Assembly (NCBI GenBank): GCA_963664325.2
Contig: CAXXDQ010000003.1
Coordinates: 800,001-864,000 of the forward strand
Reading direction: 5' to 3'
Length of the DNA: 64,000 nt
Origin: Desulfomonilia bacterium
GTDB taxonomy: Bacteria > Desulfobacterota > Desulfomonilia > UBA1062
Part shown: positions 51,692-62,555 of the stretch, piece after piece
How positions within the stretch are numbered: position 1 is the first letter of the stretch
How the letters are laid out: the number at the start of each line of letters is the position of its first letter
Translations under genes and position numbers: made by a program
The notes under the pieces: generated by a model
Seen by the model: only the letters and a program-made list of their open reading frames with translations
The model's database searches: none
Told to the model about the DNA's origin: nothing

Positions 51692-54600
51692 AGGTTCCTG
51701 TAGAATTCCTGGAGAGGGTTCACATCCCAGTTGCCTGACTTTAGCGCGAGAATAGCCTCGGCTATTGCTCGCGAGGCTTCGAGCGTTGTCGTGTACGGGA
51801 TATTATACCTGATGGCGCTCTGGCGAATGTTTATGGCGTCGGCCGAAGGCCTTCTGCCTATGCTTGTATTGATTATCAGCTGAACTTCGCCGTTCTTGAT
51901 ATGGTCCACGATGTTCGGCCGTCCTTCACTGACCTTTATAACGACCCTGGCCGGGATCCCGGCCTGATTGAGTTCGTGTGCCGTACCGCCGGTTGCCAGC
52001 AGGCTGAACCCCATGTCAACAAAACGCCGTGCAGTCTCAAGCACGCGTTTTTTATGGGTGTCATGGACGCTGATAAAGACATTACCTGATAAGGGCAGCT
52101 TGAAGCCCGTTGCCATCTGCGCCTTTGCGAAGGCGAGGCCGAAAGAGGAATCTATGCCCATGACTTCGCCTGTGGAACGCATTTCTGGGCCGAGTATGAC
52201 ATTGACATTAGGGAAACGAGAGAAGGGGAAGACGGACTCCTTGACAGAGATGTGCTTGGGCCAGACCTGTTCCGTGAACCCGAGTTCTGGAAGAGTCTTT
52301 CCCATCATGACCTTTGTCGCAAGCTGGGCGAGCGGCCTGCCTATGGCCTTGCTGACGAACGGGGCTGTCCTTGACGCGCGCGGGTTTACTTCCAGGACAT
52401 ATACAGTCCCGTCTTTTATCGCAAACTGGATATTCATCAGTCCCACGACATTCAATTCGGCAGCGATCATCTTTGTCTGGTGCTGTATCGTTTCTATCAG
52501 TGCGGAAGAAATTGTCACATGCGGAAGCACGCAGGCGCTGTCGCCCGAATGTATGCCGGCTTCTTCTATGTGTTCCATTATCCCGCCTATGACTGTCATT
52601 GTGCCGTCGCTGATCGCATCGACATCGACCTCAACGGCGTCCTCGAGGAATTTGTCGATCAGTATGGCGTTATCCGGAAATGTTTCAAATACCCTTGCCA
52701 TGAATTCCTGAAGCGTCCTGGTGTCATAAATGATTTCCATCGAGCGCCCGCCCAGCACGTATGACGGCCTGACCAGTACCGGGTAGCCGATGCGCTTGGC
52801 TGACTCGACAGCTTTTTCTGTTGTGAAAGCAATATCGCTGTCCGGCTGTTTGAGCCCGAGTTTTTTTACAATCTCATTGAAGCGCTCCCTGTCCTCAGCC
52901 CTGTCGATCGAGTCGGGCGAAGTACCAAGAATCTTAACACCGGCGGCGGCAAGGCCTTTTGCAAGGTTGAGCGGTGTCTGTCCCCCGAACTGCACTATCA
53001 CTCCGAGGGGTTTTTCCTTTCTTATTATATGCAGCACATCTTCATGGGTGAGGGGCTCGAAGAAAAGCTTGTCCGATATGTCATAATCGGTACTCACTGT
53101 TTCGGGATTCGAATTGACCATGATGCTCTCGTAGCCCATATCTCTAAGGGCGAAAGAGGCATGCGTGCAGCAGTAGTCGAATTCTATGCCCTGACCGATG
53201 CGGTTGGGGCCACCGCCCAGTATTACGACCTTCCTGTTCGGGCTGGGCTTTGCCTCGCATTCCGTCTCATAGGTCGAATAGTAATACGGGGTATAGGCCT
53301 CGAATTCTGCGGCGCAGGTATCGACCAGCTTGTAGACAGGTTCAATGCCCTCATCGTATCGCCACTGTCTGATTTCCTCTTCTTTCCTGCCCCATATTTC
53401 GGCAAGCCGTTTATCGGAAAAACCCATGCGTTTGGCGGTTTTCAGCGTCCGGGCATCGGGTTTGTGGTTTTTCAGCTCCTCTTCGGCATCAACAATGTTC
53501 CTCATCTGAGTAAGGAACCAGGGATCGATGCCTGTCAGGCGGTGTATGGATTCATCGTCCATTCCGAATCGCATGGCCTCTGCTATTGCAAAAAGTCTTT
53601 TCGAGTTGGGCGTGGAAAGAAGGCCCATGAGGTTCTTCTTGCTCGCCGGGGTCTTCTCCACATTAAGCGAGCCGAGTCCGAACCGGCCGATTTCAAGCGA
53701 GCGCACGGCCTTCTGAAGCGCTTCCTTGAAGGTTCGGCCTATGGCCATTGTCTCGCCGACTGATTTCATGGATGTTGTAAGAAGGTCTTCGGTTTCAGGG
53801 AATTTTTCAAATGTCCAGCGCGGGAATTTGACGACGCAGTAATCTATCGTGGGCTCGAATGATGCGAATGTTTCTTTGGTTATGTCATTCGGGATTTCAT
53901 CCAGCGTATAACCGCAGGCAAGCTTTGCGGCGATCCTGGCGATCGGGAAGCCGGTCGCCTTTGATGCCAGTGCGGACGAGCGCGACACGCGGGGATTCAT
54001 CTCGATGATTACCAGTTCTCCGTCCCTGGGGTTTATTGCGAACTGAACATTTGAACCGCCTGTTTCCACGCCTATCTCGCGCATGATCTTTATGGCAGCA
54101 TCCCTCATGCGCTGGTATTCGATATCGGTCAGCGTCTGGGCGGGCGCCACGGTAATGGAATCGCCAGTATGAACACCCATCGGGTCAAAGTTTTCAATCG
54201 AGCAGATGATAACGACGTTGTCCGCCTTGTCGCGCATGACCTCAAGCTCGAATTCCTTCCAGCCGATAACGGATTCTTCGAGCATGATCTCGCCTATCAT
54301 GCTTGCATCGAGCCCCATCTTGGCCTGCAGGCTCAGATCTTCCAGATTGTAGGCCACGCCGCCGCCGATGCCCCCCAGTGTAAACGACGGCCTGACTATT
54401 ATCGGGAAGCCGATTTCGTTGGCGACTCCAAACGCCTCGTCCATGTTTCTTGCAAATCCGCTTCTGGGAACCCTGAGCCCGATATTTCTCATGGCATCAC
54501 GGAATTTTTCCCTGTCTTCGGCCTTGTGGATTACGTCGATTGATGCCCCGATCATCTCTACGCCGAATTTTTCCAGCACACCCATCTCGGCCACTTCAAC

Positions 54601-54897
54601 GGCGGTATTAAGGCCGGTCTGGCCGCCTAAAGTCGGAAGCAGGGCATCGGGCCTTTCCTTTTCGATTATTTTTGCAACCGCTTCTGCGGTTACTGGTTCA
54701 ATATACGTCCTGTCCGACATGTCTGGGTCTGTCATGATTGTCGCGGGATTCGAGTTTATGAGAATTACCTCATATCCTTCCTCCCTGAGAGCCTTGCAGG
54801 CCTGTGAGCCTGAATAATCGAATTCGCAGGCCTGGCTTATAACAATCGGACCGGCGCCGATTATGAGGATTTTCTTCATGTCAGTACGCTTCGGCAT
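51688..54897 (-). CDS. carB: Carbamoyl-phosphate synthase large subunit
   Basis: [32 protein letters not shown], duplicated ATP-grasp, MGS tail. Confidence 0.98.
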   Translation of the reverse strand: MPKRTDMKKILIIGAGPIVISQACEFDYSGSQACKALREEGYEVILINSNPATIMTDPDMSDRTYIEPVTAEAVAKIIEKERPDALLPTLGGQTGLNTAVEVAEMGVLEKFGVEMIGASIDVIHKAEDREKFRDAMRNIGLRVPRSGFARNMDEAFGVANEIGFPIIVRPSFTLGGIGGGVAYNLEDLSLQAKMGLDASMIGEIMLEESVIGWKEFELEVMRDKADNVVIICSIENFDPMGVHTGDSITVAPAQTLTDIEYQRMRDAAIKIMREIGVETGGSNVQFAINPRDGELVIIEMNPRVSRSSALASKATGFPIARIAAKLACGYTLDEIPNDITKETFASFEPTIDYCVVKFPRWTFEKFPETEDLLTTSMKSVGETMAIGRTFKEALQKAVRSLEIGRFGLGSLNVEKTPASKKNLMGLLSTPNSKRLFAIAEAMRFGMDDESIHRLTGIDPWFLTQMRNIVDAEEELKNHKPDARTLKTAKRMGFSDKRLAEIWGRKEEEIRQWRYDEGIEPVYKLVDTCAAEFEAYTPYYYSTYETECEAKPSPNRKVVILGGGPNRIGQGIEFDYCCTHASFALRDMGYESIMVNSNPETVSTDYDISDKLFFEPLTHEDVLHIIRKEKPLGVIVQFGGQTPLNLAKGLAAAGVKILGTSPDSIDRAEDRERFNEIVKKLGLKQPDSDIAFTTEKAVESAKRIGYPVLVRPSYVLGGRSMEIIYDTRTLQEFMARVFETFPDNAILIDKFLEDAVEVDVDAISDGTMTVIGGIMEHIEEAGIHSGDSACVLPHVTISSALIETIQHQTKMIAAELNVVGLMNIQFAIKDGTVYVLEVNPRASRTAPFVSKAIGRPLAQLATKVMMGKTLPELGFTEQVWPKHISVKESVFPFSRFPNVNVILGPEMRSTGEVMGIDSSFGLAFAKAQMATGFKLPLSGNVFISVHDTHKKRVLETARRFVDMGFSLLATGGTAHELNQAGIPARVVIKVSEGRPNIVDHIKNGEVQLIINTSIGRRPSADAINIRQSAIRYNIPYTTTLEASRAIAEAILALKSGNWDVNPLQEFYRNL

Positions 54898-56028
54898 CTA
54901 TTTCTCCTCCATAAGCGCAATGAAATCCCTGAAGAGATAGTTGGAATCAAAAGGCCCGGGTGCAGCCTCAGGATGATACTGGACGCTGAAGGCCTTTCTC
55001 CTGGGATAAACAAGACCTTCAAGCGAATTGTCGTTAAGGTTGATATGGGTAACAATTGCGTCATCGGGCAAGGTTTCGGTGACCACGACAAAACCGTGAT
55101 TCTGTGACGTTATTTCGATTCTTCCTGTCCGCAGGTTCTTGACAGGCTGATTCACCCCATGATGGCCGAATTTTAGCTTTGACGTCTTTCCGCCTGCGGC
55201 AATCCCCATAAGCTGATGCCCGAGGCATATCCCGAAAACCGGGACCCGGCCGAGAATGGTTCTTACGGTTTCGATTATATAATCAAGCGGTTCAGGGTCT
55301 CCAGGACCGTTTGACAGCATGATGCCGTCAGGTTCCCAGTTCATGATATCTGATGCCTGCGTTGTCGACGGCACAACAACGACCTGGCAGCCGTGTCCTT
55401 CCAAGTGTCTGAGTATATTGTATTTCACGCCGCAGTCCAGCACGACAACCCGCTTTCTCCGGCCCCTTGAGCCTGCTTCCGAAATAGGTTTTTTACCGCC
55501 TTCATCCCACAGGTACGCAACTTTACCTGTTACATGCCGGACCATGTCCTGGCCGACCAGGCCGGGATAGGCACGGAGCCTTTCGAGGAGTCCATTCGGG
55601 TCACTGATATTGTTTGATATCACACCCTTCATGGCGCCCGCGGTACGGAGCTTTTTTGTTATGGCCCTTATATCGACATCATCGAGTCCGGGTTTGCCGA
55701 ATTTTTCAAGGAAGCTTTTAAGCGTTCTTGTTGAACGGAAATTGCTCGGGGCACCTTGATATTCACGGACTACAAAGCCTTCCATGTGAATTGCATCCGA
55801 TTCCATGTCTTCCTGGTTTATTCCGTAATTGCCTATCAGGGGGTAGGTCATTACCAGTATCTGGCCCTTGTAGGATGGGTCGGTAAGAACCTCCTGATAG
55901 CCTGCCATTCCGGTATTGAAAACGACTTCCCCGAATACCTCACCGCTGCCTGCAAAGGCATATCCGTCATATACGCTGCCATCCTCAAGCATGAGCAGGG
56001 CCGGCGGGTCAGTCCTGAAAAGAGGCAA
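54898..56028 (-). CDS. carA: Carbamoyl-phosphate synthase small subunit
   Basis: GEVVFNTG, TDPSY, SNGPGDP, GICLGHQ, SQNHGF, QYHPE. Confidence 0.98.
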   Translation of the reverse strand: MPLFRTDPPALLMLEDGSVYDGYAFAGSGEVFGEVVFNTGMAGYQEVLTDPSYKGQILVMTYPLIGNYGINQEDMESDAIHMEGFVVREYQGAPSNFRSTRTLKSFLEKFGKPGLDDVDIRAITKKLRTAGAMKGVISNNISDPNGLLERLRAYPGLVGQDMVRHVTGKVAYLWDEGGKKPISEAGSRGRRKRVVVLDCGVKYNILRHLEGHGCQVVVVPSTTQASDIMNWEPDGIMLSNGPGDPEPLDYIIETVRTILGRVPVFGICLGHQLMGIAAGGKTSKLKFGHHGVNQPVKNLRTGRIEITSQNHGFVVVTETLPDDAIVTHINLNDNSLEGLVYPRRKAFSVQYHPEAAPGPFDSNYLFRDFIALMEEK

Positions 56029-56157
56029 AATTTCCTCCTGGTTAAAATCCGCGGAAGGGATTTTTGAGACTCCTGTTTAATCGGGCGGCATGCCTTTTGT
56101 CAACAATATTAAGCTGGTCCTTCATACTTATTTCATATTTGAATCATTATGGTCTTT

Positions 56158-57420
56158 TCAAGACAAGCTTGATATTACAGTTTTTATGAGTTTAGTCAGA
56201 TTGGAAAGCCCGCCTGATAATCTTTTTATATACAGCATTGAGATGCTTTTTGATTTTTGATCCTTGTAACGTTTTTTCATAAAGGAGGACGAAGGGAAGG
56301 CCGCTTCAAAAACAAACTTCACCTTCTGCTTCAAAGGCAGCTGTTTTATTACGTACAGGTACTGCCTGGTCGATGTCTTCATCGGCTGGGAGTTGAGCTT
56401 GAGGATGAATGCATTTCTGTTTGAATTCAGGCGGCTTTCAACCGGAAGGGCTTTGCCGAAAAGTTCTTCACAGATACGTGATGCAAACATGAGGATATCC
56501 GTCAGGCCGAGCTTTTCAAAAATGCCTGAAAGCTCGTCCCAGTCGATCAGGTGATTCCATTTTTCCGCGATGAAATATGTTTCATAAAAGTGAAACAGTC
56601 CCGAGACAGCTGTGCCGTGGCAGTAATATACGTGCAGTATCTGATGGATAAGGCAGACCGTATGCGAAAGCATAAAAAGCCCCGGGATATTTTGGAAAAA
56701 TCTGTTATCCGGTATGGGCACAAGCTGTTCAAAAACCCAGCTGTTAAAGTCAAATCCTTTTTGCTGATATTGCTTGAGGAGCTTCCAGTGAAGTTCGATG
56801 ATCAGACCGTTTGCTGCAGTATTTCTTATCATCAGGTGTTTATCTTCAAGGATAGAGGATGACACGGGCCCCGAATGGGTTTTGTCTTCAACTAAAACAC
56901 TGTATCCGGCATTCTTCAGCTTGTCAGCAACCGCATTCAGGTTTTCATCACTGACGAGCAGGTCTGTATCGCACATATTTCTCAGAGATGTGTCTTCATA
57001 AAGAGTTAAAGCCATTACGCTGCCTTTGAGCATAATGACAGGCTGAAACACAGGCAGGACAGCAGGGAAGACGTTTCCTGAGAGCTCTTTATAGCGCAGT
57101 TCGTTTGTATGCTTTATTCGCATTCTCATGGCGCTGAAATTAAGCCATATATCCATGGGAATCTGTTCAAGAAGGGTTTTCAATTCGGGTTTTTTGCTGT
57201 TCATCAATGCCGCAACACCTTCACCAAGCGCTACTCTTTCAAAAAGCCGCCAGTCGTCAGCCGAGTACTCGGTCCAGGCAGCTTCATTGCACCTGTCCGA
57301 GAGGCATTTGCAGATGTCGAGGTAGACCTTCAGCAGATTATCTGCATTGTCATAACGCTCTTCAAGGGCCTCAAGAGGAATGTTCGTATTCTTTGGTCTG
57401 CTCTTTCCATGATCTGGCAT
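56158..57420 (-). CDS. Nucleotidyltransferase family protein (NTP_transf_5-like)
   Basis: MLKG..LY..LRNMCDTDLLV (DxD), IELHW, ILH; start uncertain, overlaps the ABC gene end. Confidence 0.8.
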   Translation of the reverse strand: MPDHGKSRPKNTNIPLEALEERYDNADNLLKVYLDICKCLSDRCNEAAWTEYSADDWRLFERVALGEGVAALMNSKKPELKTLLEQIPMDIWLNFSAMRMRIKHTNELRYKELSGNVFPAVLPVFQPVIMLKGSVMALTLYEDTSLRNMCDTDLLVSDENLNAVADKLKNAGYSVLVEDKTHSGPVSSSILEDKHLMIRNTAANGLIIELHWKLLKQYQQKGFDFNSWVFEQLVPIPDNRFFQNIPGLFMLSHTVCLIHQILHVYYCHGTAVSGLFHFYETYFIAEKWNHLIDWDELSGIFEKLGLTDILMFASRICEELFGKALPVESRLNSNRNAFILKLNSQPMKTSTRQYLYVIKQLPLKQKVKFVFEAAFPSSSFMKKRYKDQKSKSISMLYIKRLSGGLSNLTKLIKTVISSLS

Positions 57421-59242
57421 ACATGCCGCCCTTTTTTATGAGTTCATCATGAGTTCCTGATTCAACAATACTGCCTTTATCCATTACATGTATAATATCA
57501 GCCTGCATGGCCGTGGTGAACCTGTGGGTTATGATCAACGAGGTCTTTCCCCGAGCAAGAGCTTTAAACCTTTTGAGCCAGTCGTTTTCAGCCCACGAAT
57601 CCATGGAGCTTGTCGGTTCGTCAAGCATCAGGATTGCCGAGTTTCTCAAAAAAGCCCTCGCAAGGGCAACCCTCTGCCATTCCCCCAGGCTCAGGTCCGA
57701 ACCGCCGAACCACTTTCCGAGAACGGTTTCATAACCATTGGGAAGTCTTGAAATCGGGACATCGGCACCCGATGAGACCGCAGCCCTTTTTATATCATCC
57801 AGACCAGGTCCGGATTCCATACTGCCAAAGGCGATATTATCAAATGCCGTTGCATTGAAATGAACCGGTTCCTGAAAGAGCACGCTTATCCTTCCCCTGT
57901 GCCTTTTCAAATCCAGATCCTTCATATCGACACCGTCTAGAAGCACCCTGCCGCTTTCAGGGTCATAGAACCTGCATATGAGTCTGGTAAGAGTGCTCTT
58001 GCCCGCTCCGTTCGGGCCTACAATGGCTGTAGTTATGCCTGCTGGTATCTTAATGCTGAATTTCTTTATGACGTGATCTGCGCCGCAGGGGTATCTGAAA
58101 GTTGCATTGTCGAATACGATACCGTCTTTAAGGGAAGAATCGAATTCCAAGGGTTCAGCAGGGTTCTTCACCGTTGGCTCGATGCCGAAGAATACGAAGA
58201 GGTCGTCAACGAACATGCTGTTCTTGTATATAGTTCCAACATTGCCCAGTACATTTTTCATCAGACCCTGACCCTGGTTGAATGCCTGGTAGAGCATTGC
58301 GACTTCTCCCAGGTTGGCCTTTCCGTGTGCAGCCCTTAAAAGAATCCATATAACTGCAATTCCTATCACTGCCATGCCGAAAAGTTGAGCAGCGAATTCT
58401 GCCACGGCCTGCTCCCTGGTAAGCGCAATCTTTTCGTTTCTCAATACGGCCCTCAAGTTCTGATAACTTTTCCTGAAACTGTCACCCAGGCCGTAAAGCC
58501 TTATTTCCTGTGCGGAGTTCCTGTGGGTAATCATATGGTCGTAATAACCGGCCATCCTGGAGTCGGGCGTTCTCATTATTCTCCAGCTGTTCATCTTCCT
58601 CGAGTAGTAGCCTATTATGAACAGTGCGGGAATTGTGCCCACGAATAAGAGGACAGGCAGCAGAACTCCGAATGAAAAAAGTATGCCTGCCATTGCAAAA
58701 AGGGTGATGCAGCTCTGTACGAGCATGCCCAGGTTGTCGAGCAGAGTCTGCGGCATGTTCTTGGCATCGTTCTGCGCCCTGTAAAGCTTATCGAACGATT
58801 CCGGGGATTCGAAAAAGGCCATGTCCATCTCAAGGGCTTTTTCGTGGATCCTGTTTGTCATGGTGTCCTGTATGATTTCCGTCTGCTTTATTTTTACAAG
58901 TTTCTGTGCAAAACCGGCGATACTGTTTGCCAGATATATGATAATAAACAGCAGGGCCAGAGATACTGTTTTCGAGGCGTCGGTTCCCCTCCCCGAAATA
59001 GTAATGGTCAGGCTGTTTATGAAGGCTTTTGTCAGATACACGGTTGCAACCGGAAGAATGCCCTGAACGATAAGAAGGCACGCCCACAGTATCGTCCATT
59101 TACGGGCGATGTCCCAGACAAGGGCGGTAGCCTTGAAGAGGTTCCTTGTCAGCAAACTTATATTGTCCCAGATTTCTTTCGGGCTTTTGAATATCTTTTC
59201 ATCCACAAAGAAAACTATCTCATTAGATTTGATTCGATACAA
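57371..59242 (-). CDS. ABC exporter, fused permease + ATPase, no C39 peptidase domain
   Basis: TM domain then GPNGAGKST, LSLGEWQR, LDEPTS, ITHR; real start may be slightly downstream. Confidence 0.92.
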   Translation of the reverse strand: MYRIKSNEIVFFVDEKIFKSPKEIWDNISLLTRNLFKATALVWDIARKWTILWACLLIVQGILPVATVYLTKAFINSLTITISGRGTDASKTVSLALLFIIIYLANSIAGFAQKLVKIKQTEIIQDTMTNRIHEKALEMDMAFFESPESFDKLYRAQNDAKNMPQTLLDNLGMLVQSCITLFAMAGILFSFGVLLPVLLFVGTIPALFIIGYYSRKMNSWRIMRTPDSRMAGYYDHMITHRNSAQEIRLYGLGDSFRKSYQNLRAVLRNEKIALTREQAVAEFAAQLFGMAVIGIAVIWILLRAAHGKANLGEVAMLYQAFNQGQGLMKNVLGNVGTIYKNSMFVDDLFVFFGIEPTVKNPAEPLEFDSSLKDGIVFDNATFRYPCGADHVIKKFSIKIPAGITTAIVGPNGAGKSTLTRLICRFYDPESGRVLLDGVDMKDLDLKRHRGRISVLFQEPVHFNATAFDNIAFGSMESGPGLDDIKRAAVSSGADVPISRLPNGYETVLGKWFGGSDLSLGEWQRVALARAFLRNSAILMLDEPTSSMDSWAENDWLKRFKALARGKTSLIITHRFTTAMQADIIHVMDKGSIVESGTHDELIKKGGMYARSWKEQTKEYEHSS

Positions 59243-59344
59243 CCTGTTTTTGGGGACATGATTGTTTCATGGTATTGCCATCCGGGTATAAATTCTGTAA
59301 GTCTGAATTTGTTGGGACGCAAATGATAATATTTGAGGGTTATT

Positions 59345-59527
59345 ATGAAGAAGGAACCATGGAAAAAACCTGAATTGATTGTCCTGGTGAAAAACCAGGC
59401 TGAAGAGGCCGTATTGAACGGATGCAAAGGTGGCGGTTCCACAACAAGCTTTTTATCACATAATGATAATTGTCATTCAGATGCTCCAGCCTGCACAACA
59501 TTATGCAGTTCTCCGCTAGCAAGCTGA
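59345..59527 (+). CDS. RiPP precursor peptide 1
   Basis: MKKEPWKKPELIVLVKNQAEEAVLNGCKGGGSTTSFLSHNDNCHSDAPACTTLCSSPLAS; GAGG RBS; homologous to three other peptides in the cluster. Confidence 0.85.
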   Translation: MKKEPWKKPELIVLVKNQAEEAVLNGCKGGGSTTSFLSHNDNCHSDAPACTTLCSSPLAS

Positions 59528-59591
59528 ATCGTGGATCAAATTCTGTTTCAATCTGAATTTGATAAGCAAAATCATATGGAGATAAAATAAG

Positions 59592-59795
59592 ATGAGAAAA
59601 GTAAGCAGAAAGAAAATAAGGACCGAGCCAGAGATGACCGTAATAGTCAGGAACATGCCTGAAGAAGCCGTTTTAACGGGATGCAAGAATGGCCCTGTAT
59701 ACACCGTGTCGGCTAATGATTACTGAGGGGGCTGTTATGCCCTTGGGGCATACAATCCTTGTCAGAACATATGCAATGCTTTGCAGGCTTCATAG
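59592..59795 (+). CDS. RiPP precursor peptide 2 with in-frame TGA at 59724-59726
   Basis: MRKVSRKKIRTEPEMTVIVRNMPEEAVLTGCKNGPVYTVSANDY*GGCYALGAYNPCQNICNALQAS; GGAG RBS; homology continues past the TGA to TAG. Confidence 0.7.
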
Positions 59796-59822
59796 ATACG
59801 ACCATAAAAATGTCTTGAAATA

Positions 59823-60881
59823 TTGAATCGCTCCACGGCATGCATGAAGATGAATATTAAGATGGATCAAACTATTCAGGAAGACCGGCCTTCGCAATAT
59901 ATATTTCAGGGAGGAGAACTTCATCTTTCAAACTTAGGCCAGCTCGAGTTGCTGCGAGCAATGATGGAGCGCCGTGTTCCATTGCGCACGATGGTCCGCG
60001 GATTCAGCATGCATCCGTTCATCAGGGACGGGGATGTGCTCGTTATTTCGCCTCTAAACGGAAGGAAGCCTTCTCACGGTGATGTGGTTGCATTTACACA
60101 ACCGGTTATGGGAAGGCTCGCAGTTCACCGCATTGTCGGCAGATCAAAGTCGGGCCTGATTATACGCGGAGACAATTGCCATGAAGCGGACAGCGTCGTA
60201 ATGGCGGATCGCATACTGGGGAGAGTGACGCGCATCGAACGTTGCGGACGGACTGTCCGTACCGGTCTGGGCTATTCCGGCATGCTGATTGCAGCATTAA
60301 ATAAAGGTGATCGTTTGATGCGTGTAAAACATGTCATCAATACTCCCCGCCGGGCAGCAAGCTATGCGCTCAGGTACCTGCAGGCGGTTTCCTGCTATCG
60401 ACTTCTTCTCAGAAGACTGGCATTGGCAACTGTTATCGAAAAGGCCGATGAAAGCGATATGGAAGCCGTTCATAAGCGCTTCAATCCGTATAGTCCGTAT
60501 CGAAAGCAGCCAGATAATCCAGAAGTAACCAACTGGGTTGCCAGGCGCTCAGGCAAAGTACTTGGCTTCATACAGCTTGTGTATCATCCCGAAAAGCATT
60601 TCCCATGGGTTGGGTTCTGGCTTTTTTCTCTTCATGTATGGAGTTTATACCGAGGGTTTGGCGTAGGCGAAAAGCTTGCCCGCCGGGTTATTGAAAAAGC
60701 TGTCGAAATGGGTGCCCAAGAGCTCAACCTTGTTGTTTATGAAGACAACCTGAGCGCCATCAGGCTATATGGTAAACTCGGATTTGTGCATGCAACACTG
60801 CCAGGTCTCGAACCGATGTTTTTATCCGAACAGCAAAGGACCGGGCGAAGAAGAATAGTCATGCAAAAGCAATTGGGTTGA
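59823..60881 (+). CDS. S24/S26 signal-peptidase-like domain fused to GNAT acetyltransferase
   Basis: GFSMHPFIRDGD, GDVVAF, VHR, RGDN (S26-like Ser/His); C-terminal YRGFGVGEKL and NLSAIRLYGKLGF (GNAT motifs); start uncertain. Confidence 0.8.
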   Translation: MNRSTACMKMNIKMDQTIQEDRPSQYIFQGGELHLSNLGQLELLRAMMERRVPLRTMVRGFSMHPFIRDGDVLVISPLNGRKPSHGDVVAFTQPVMGRLAVHRIVGRSKSGLIIRGDNCHEADSVVMADRILGRVTRIERCGRTVRTGLGYSGMLIAALNKGDRLMRVKHVINTPRRAASYALRYLQAVSCYRLLLRRLALATVIEKADESDMEAVHKRFNPYSPYRKQPDNPEVTNWVARRSGKVLGFIQLVYHPEKHFPWVGFWLFSLHVWSLYRGFGVGEKLARRVIEKAVEMGAQELNLVVYEDNLSAIRLYGKLGFVHATLPGLEPMFLSEQQRTGRRRIVMQKQLG

Positions 60882-61044
60882 ATACCCTATAAGCATAACA
60901 CCAGATGGATGTTGTTTCCTGCAGCTTCAATTATCCGGCAGTAATTTTTTTGTTTTCCTCGATCATCAGAGCTAACCTTCACTCCATGACTCGTTTCGAT
61001 TTCTGCCGGTGTTTCGGCTCTCGACGAGGTGCTTCTGGAAGAGA

Positions 61045-61221
61045 TTATGATTGCACATCCCCACTGCAAACAGGACATTCTTCTTCGCCGCTGATCTGGC
61101 ATTCTACATTCGTGTTATTCGGGCCCTCAAGCAAATATGGCCTTTTGCACGCGGCGAGTATACTTTCAGCACTCTTAATACGCACTAACGCAATCAATTG
61201 GGGAACATGCCACTGCCTCAT
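61045..61221 (-). CDS. RiPP precursor peptide 3
   Basis: MRQWHVPQLIALVRIKSAESILAACKRPYLLEGPNNTNVECQISGEEECPVCSGDVQS; GGGAG upstream; same leader and Cys pattern. Confidence 0.82.
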   Translation of the reverse strand: MRQWHVPQLIALVRIKSAESILAACKRPYLLEGPNNTNVECQISGEEECPVCSGDVQS

Positions 61222-61340
61222 ACAAGCAATCATCTCCCTTACGCTTTAAGATACCATATGCTGTTAATTGATATTCCTTCCGACAAAAATCAACGATAAG
61301 TATAAAATATCAATCGATCGTCAGAAAGCAAGAAAAAACA

Positions 61341-61382
61341 GAGTTCACAGTTCAGGGTTAAAGGCTGAAGGTTCACAGTTCG
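61341..61382. repeat. Degenerate heptamer tandem repeat
   Basis: GAGTTCA CAGTTCA GGGTTAA AGGCTGA AGGTTCA CAGTTCG. Confidence 0.55.
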
Positions 61383-61433
61383 TATTATATGGGTGGTCGG
61401 CGGGGACGGTCCCGGTTGCGGTGCGCTAAGCGT

Positions 61434-62546
61434 TTAAGGGCTGTTTCCTCCGTCCCTAATCGCTGCTGCCCTTGCGTGAGCCAACTCGCAGAAGTAGGGA
61501 GTTGCGCCGTCCAGTTCGCCTGTCTCCAAGTGCGCATGGGCAGGGCACCACAGGCACAGGTTTACTATTGGGCATTTGCGGCATGAGTCGAGGAAAGATC
61601 TTTTGTCAGAACGCATATCCCGGATTTTCGGAACAGCTTCCCAAGCGTCTTTCAGTGCGACCTTTCTTAGATCGCGGGTCGTTTCATCGGCCCACAACGA
61701 TGAGCAGAGGCGGAACCTTCCGTCATAGCTTACATTAAAGCTCCCGTTGCCTGCACCGCAGTGGAACAGGTGGTTGCAGTCGATGTGGCCGAACTTATCG
61801 TTTATCAATAAGCTGCAATTTTTTATCAAAGCGCCGAACCGCTCTTCATCTGACTTTTCCAGCTCGATCATCTCTGCAGGGGTCAAACGTTCAGAACGGA
61901 TTTCAGCGTTTCTTTTCTCGTCGCCGTCGAAACGCAGATGAAGCTGCGGATCGAACCTGAAAAAGTCTTTTGTCCGGGCGCGGCAGAAATCGGCAATTCT
62001 TTTCTGCTCGTGCAGGTTTGACCTGATTGCCATTGTCTTAAGCCTGATCCTGATGCCGTTTTTTATAAGCAGGTCAAGTCCAGTCATGAATTTTCCGAAT
62101 GATCCGGGGCGTCTGGTAACGCACTCATATGTTTCCTTTGTCACGCCGTATACTGTCGTTTCAATGTCACGCGGCGGGAATTTTTTAAAAAGCCTGATGT
62201 GTTCTTCATTCAGCAGGGCGGCGTTTGTAAAAACCGAAACCAGCAGTCCCTTTTTCTTCAGCATCATATAAATTTCGGTAAAATCCTGCCTTAGAAGAGG
62301 TTCTCCACCTGTTAACAAACACCAGACGGCTCCCATATCCACGGCCTGTGCGGCTATATCCGCGATCTCTCCGACGCTTAATTCTCCGGATAGGGCATCA
62401 TTGTCGCCGGCGGGCAGATTGATATAGCAGTGGCGGCAGTTCATATTGCATCTGGCGGTTATTTCGATATCAAAGGATATCGGAGAACGTTTTGACTTAA
62501 GCCTGTCCCAGAGGCCGAATCGCTGTATCTCAATCTTTTCAGACAC
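61434..62546 (-). CDS. Radical SAM/SPASM peptide maturase 1
   Basis: CNMNCRHC, TGGEPLL, FTN; SPASM-type cysteines CGAG..C..CRKC..C..CPA..C. Confidence 0.92.
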   Translation of the reverse strand: MSEKIEIQRFGLWDRLKSKRSPISFDIEITARCNMNCRHCYINLPAGDNDALSGELSVGEIADIAAQAVDMGAVWCLLTGGEPLLRQDFTEIYMMLKKKGLLVSVFTNAALLNEEHIRLFKKFPPRDIETTVYGVTKETYECVTRRPGSFGKFMTGLDLLIKNGIRIRLKTMAIRSNLHEQKRIADFCRARTKDFFRFDPQLHLRFDGDEKRNAEIRSERLTPAEMIELEKSDEERFGALIKNCSLLINDKFGHIDCNHLFHCGAGNGSFNVSYDGRFRLCSSLWADETTRDLRKVALKDAWEAVPKIRDMRSDKRSFLDSCRKCPIVNLCLWCPAHAHLETGELDGATPYFCELAHARAAAIRDGGNSP

Positions 62547-62555
62547 TTGTGAGGT

